A DNA stretch of 63,030 nt, filler included, from Globobulimina sp. (Eukaryota): assembly GCA_003354225.1 (NCBI GenBank). It is 38 parts of 38 records of this genome, joined end to end, with 100 filler letters (N's around TTAATTAATTAA, not from the genome) between each part and the next. Parts side by side here need not be neighbours in the genome. Positions count along the whole stretch, not along the records: positions 61,472 to 63,030 come from PIVH01014824.1; 37 more parts are not named here. One strand, 5' to 3'. This document shows positions 61,372-63,030 of this stretch, piece after piece (position 1 is the stretch's first letter; each line of letters starts with the position of its first letter). The notes under the pieces were generated by a model, which had not been told where the DNA came from, searched no databases, and saw only the letters and a list, made by a program, of their open reading frames with translations. The translations under genes were made by a program, and so were the position numbers.

Positions 61372-61538
61372 NNNNNNNNNNNNNNNNNNNNNNNNNNNNN
61401 NNNNNNNNNNNNNNNTTAATTAATTAANNNNNNNNNNNNNNNNNNNNNNNNNNNNNNNNNNNNNNNNNNNNCGGACGATTTTGTTGATGTTTGTTAGGGA
61501 GTTGGAGATGGACATTTTCAAGTTTTGTGGAGCATATA

Positions 61539-61754
61539 CAGGTTGGACCAAAAAACTGGCAACCTTTATCAAAATTACATTATTCCACCTGGGCGAAAGC
61601 GAAGGTAATAAAAATTTCACGATATGTATCTCAATATATTGTCAATTAAATCGCCAACTTTAAAATGTCGCTGAGACCCTGAAATTTTTATTAAACTTTC
61701 CTTAGTGAGTAATTGATTTTTCAAAAAGGTGGGCAGTTTTTTTGGCCCATCCTC
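61539..61754. mobile_element. Tc1/mariner-type MITE (216 bp) with TA target-site duplication
   Basis: Left TA-CAGGTTGGACCAAAAAACTGGCAACCTTT; right AAAGGTGGGCAGTTTTTTTGGCCCATCCTC-TA; imperfect ~29-bp TIRs. Confidence 0.75.
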
Positions 61755-62112
61755 TACATACATACACAAGGGTAAACAGGTTTAGGAACATAGTTTCTAC
61801 AGTGAGCCCATTACATTTCAAAGAATATGGTAGCATGTACCATATATGGTAACAGTAACCATATTCTTTGATATGTACTGGACTGACAGTCAATGACAGT
61901 GTCGGGAAAAGGTCCCAAGGCTCTTGGCGACACTTTGCTGCAGAGAGGGAATGGACTATGAGAGTTTTGGGTCAAGCCAGATTACAAGATATTTGATGGT
62001 TGTAACAACAGTTAGTGGTTTGTCGCACAAAGATGGCGGAATGTCAAATTTGAGATTTGCATTAGTCAAAGAAAATACAAAAAATTGGTTACTCAGACAG
62101 CAATTAAAACAC

Positions 62113-62207
62113 CATTTACTGATCATGCCCAGCTCTTTATACTCATGACCACAATTTATCAGTAAATGGGGTCATGAGCAGAAACTGTTGGGCATAATCA
62201 CTAAATG
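62113..62207. repeat. Imperfect inverted repeat with 38-bp arms
   Basis: 62113-62150 pairs with 62170-62207. Confidence 0.7.
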
Positions 62208-63030
62208 ATGGCACGAGTCAATCATTTTCGCTAAGCTATCGAATGAGCCATCGATCGACACGATCCGACTGACAGTTTTCTCAAACATTAACCTGACAGA
62301 CAAACAGACAGACAACGGCCGACACCTCCGCTTCTACAAGTAGATACTTGAAGAATAAAATAATTTGTTGTCTTGCACAAACAAAATATAAGTATGTGAA
62401 TAATCCACGATTTTACGAAGAGACGACAAATAGAAATATGTCTGACAAATTGGTCAGAATCAGAACTATCCACTTCTATGAGTTGACTGGACTCAAAACC
62501 ATAATCGGTGGTGAGTCTTGCACAGCTTGACAATGACAATTTGCTACATTGATACATAGTGTTTGGTCGAAACCATCCAAGTTTTGAGGTGGAGAAAGTC
62601 TGCAAATTAATAAAATACATATTAAAATTCATTTGTTAATCATTTTCATAATTCATTCATTTTCAGTCTGCACTTTTAAAGTCGCCCAGGACTCATCATA
62701 AGTTCATAACTTCTTATAAGCTTGTGTATGAACCAATGTCAATAAATATAACATTTGTCAACTAACCATTAATAAAAACTTTTTCTTACTAAGTTCTTAT
62801 TGTTTTGCCATTTTTTGTAACTATTTTTGGTAATTTTCAATCAAAATATTGTTCTTGAGAAGCCAAGAGATATGCGAACGAAAAGAAATACCGTCGCGAA
62901 ATAAATAATTTTAAAAAACTTTCATTCTGTATGGGCGCTGTATGGCATGGGCCCAGGGCAATGCCGGGTCATGCCATTTCCTGCCTGGTGCCTTTTAGTC
63001 ACTACCAATTGGTTCGTCTATTATATTGTA

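Noticed and set aside
1564-61471. Regularly spaced TTAATTAATTAA as a CRISPR-like array or biological repeat
   Set aside because: Always embedded in N44 padding; it is a synthetic six-frame-stop linker, and the even spacing reflects length-sorted contigs.
1-63030. Operon-like or clustered systems spanning neighbouring contigs (e.g. HNH with sulfite oxidase, integrase with HSP70)
   Set aside because: The contigs are unrelated; adjacency across linkers is artificial.
1-63030. rRNA, tRNA or telomeric repeats
   Set aside because: None recognised by eye; a covariance-model scan would be needed to exclude small RNAs.

Overview
This window is not one locus. It is 38 unrelated short contigs (1563 down to 1559 bp, sorted by length) joined by an artificial 100-nt linker (N44-TTAATTAATTAA-N44), so adjacency across linkers carries no meaning. 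Most contigs are AT-rich eukaryotic DNA with short GT-AG introns (mostly 50-90 nt). Their gene families suggest a rhizarian, probably a foraminiferan (inference): HSPA12-like, 7TM-RGS, class C GPCR, RCC1-repeat, Cys-rich secreted proteins, IFT46, sulfite oxidase, PDK, ENT, DENN, BCAS3. Mixed in are a bacterial or phage contig (HNH nuclease, Com-like Zn ribbon), probable metazoan (nematode-like) contigs with MITEs and palindromic repeats, retroelement fragments, and eukaryote-prokaryote junctions typical of whole-genome-amplification chimeras. The top candidate for a new system is a spliced, probably myristoylated globin-RGS fusion (37043-38126), a possible gas-sensing regulator of heterotrimeric G proteins. 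Also notable: a 14-mer (TTGAGTGCAAGGAT) recurring in non-coding DNA of four independent contigs, a circular or tandem 1441-bp Vps34 pseudogene carrying a transposon-like footprint, and a DXO/RAI1-like gene with a -1 shift at a slippery heptamer. All family calls come from motif recognition by eye; no searches were run.
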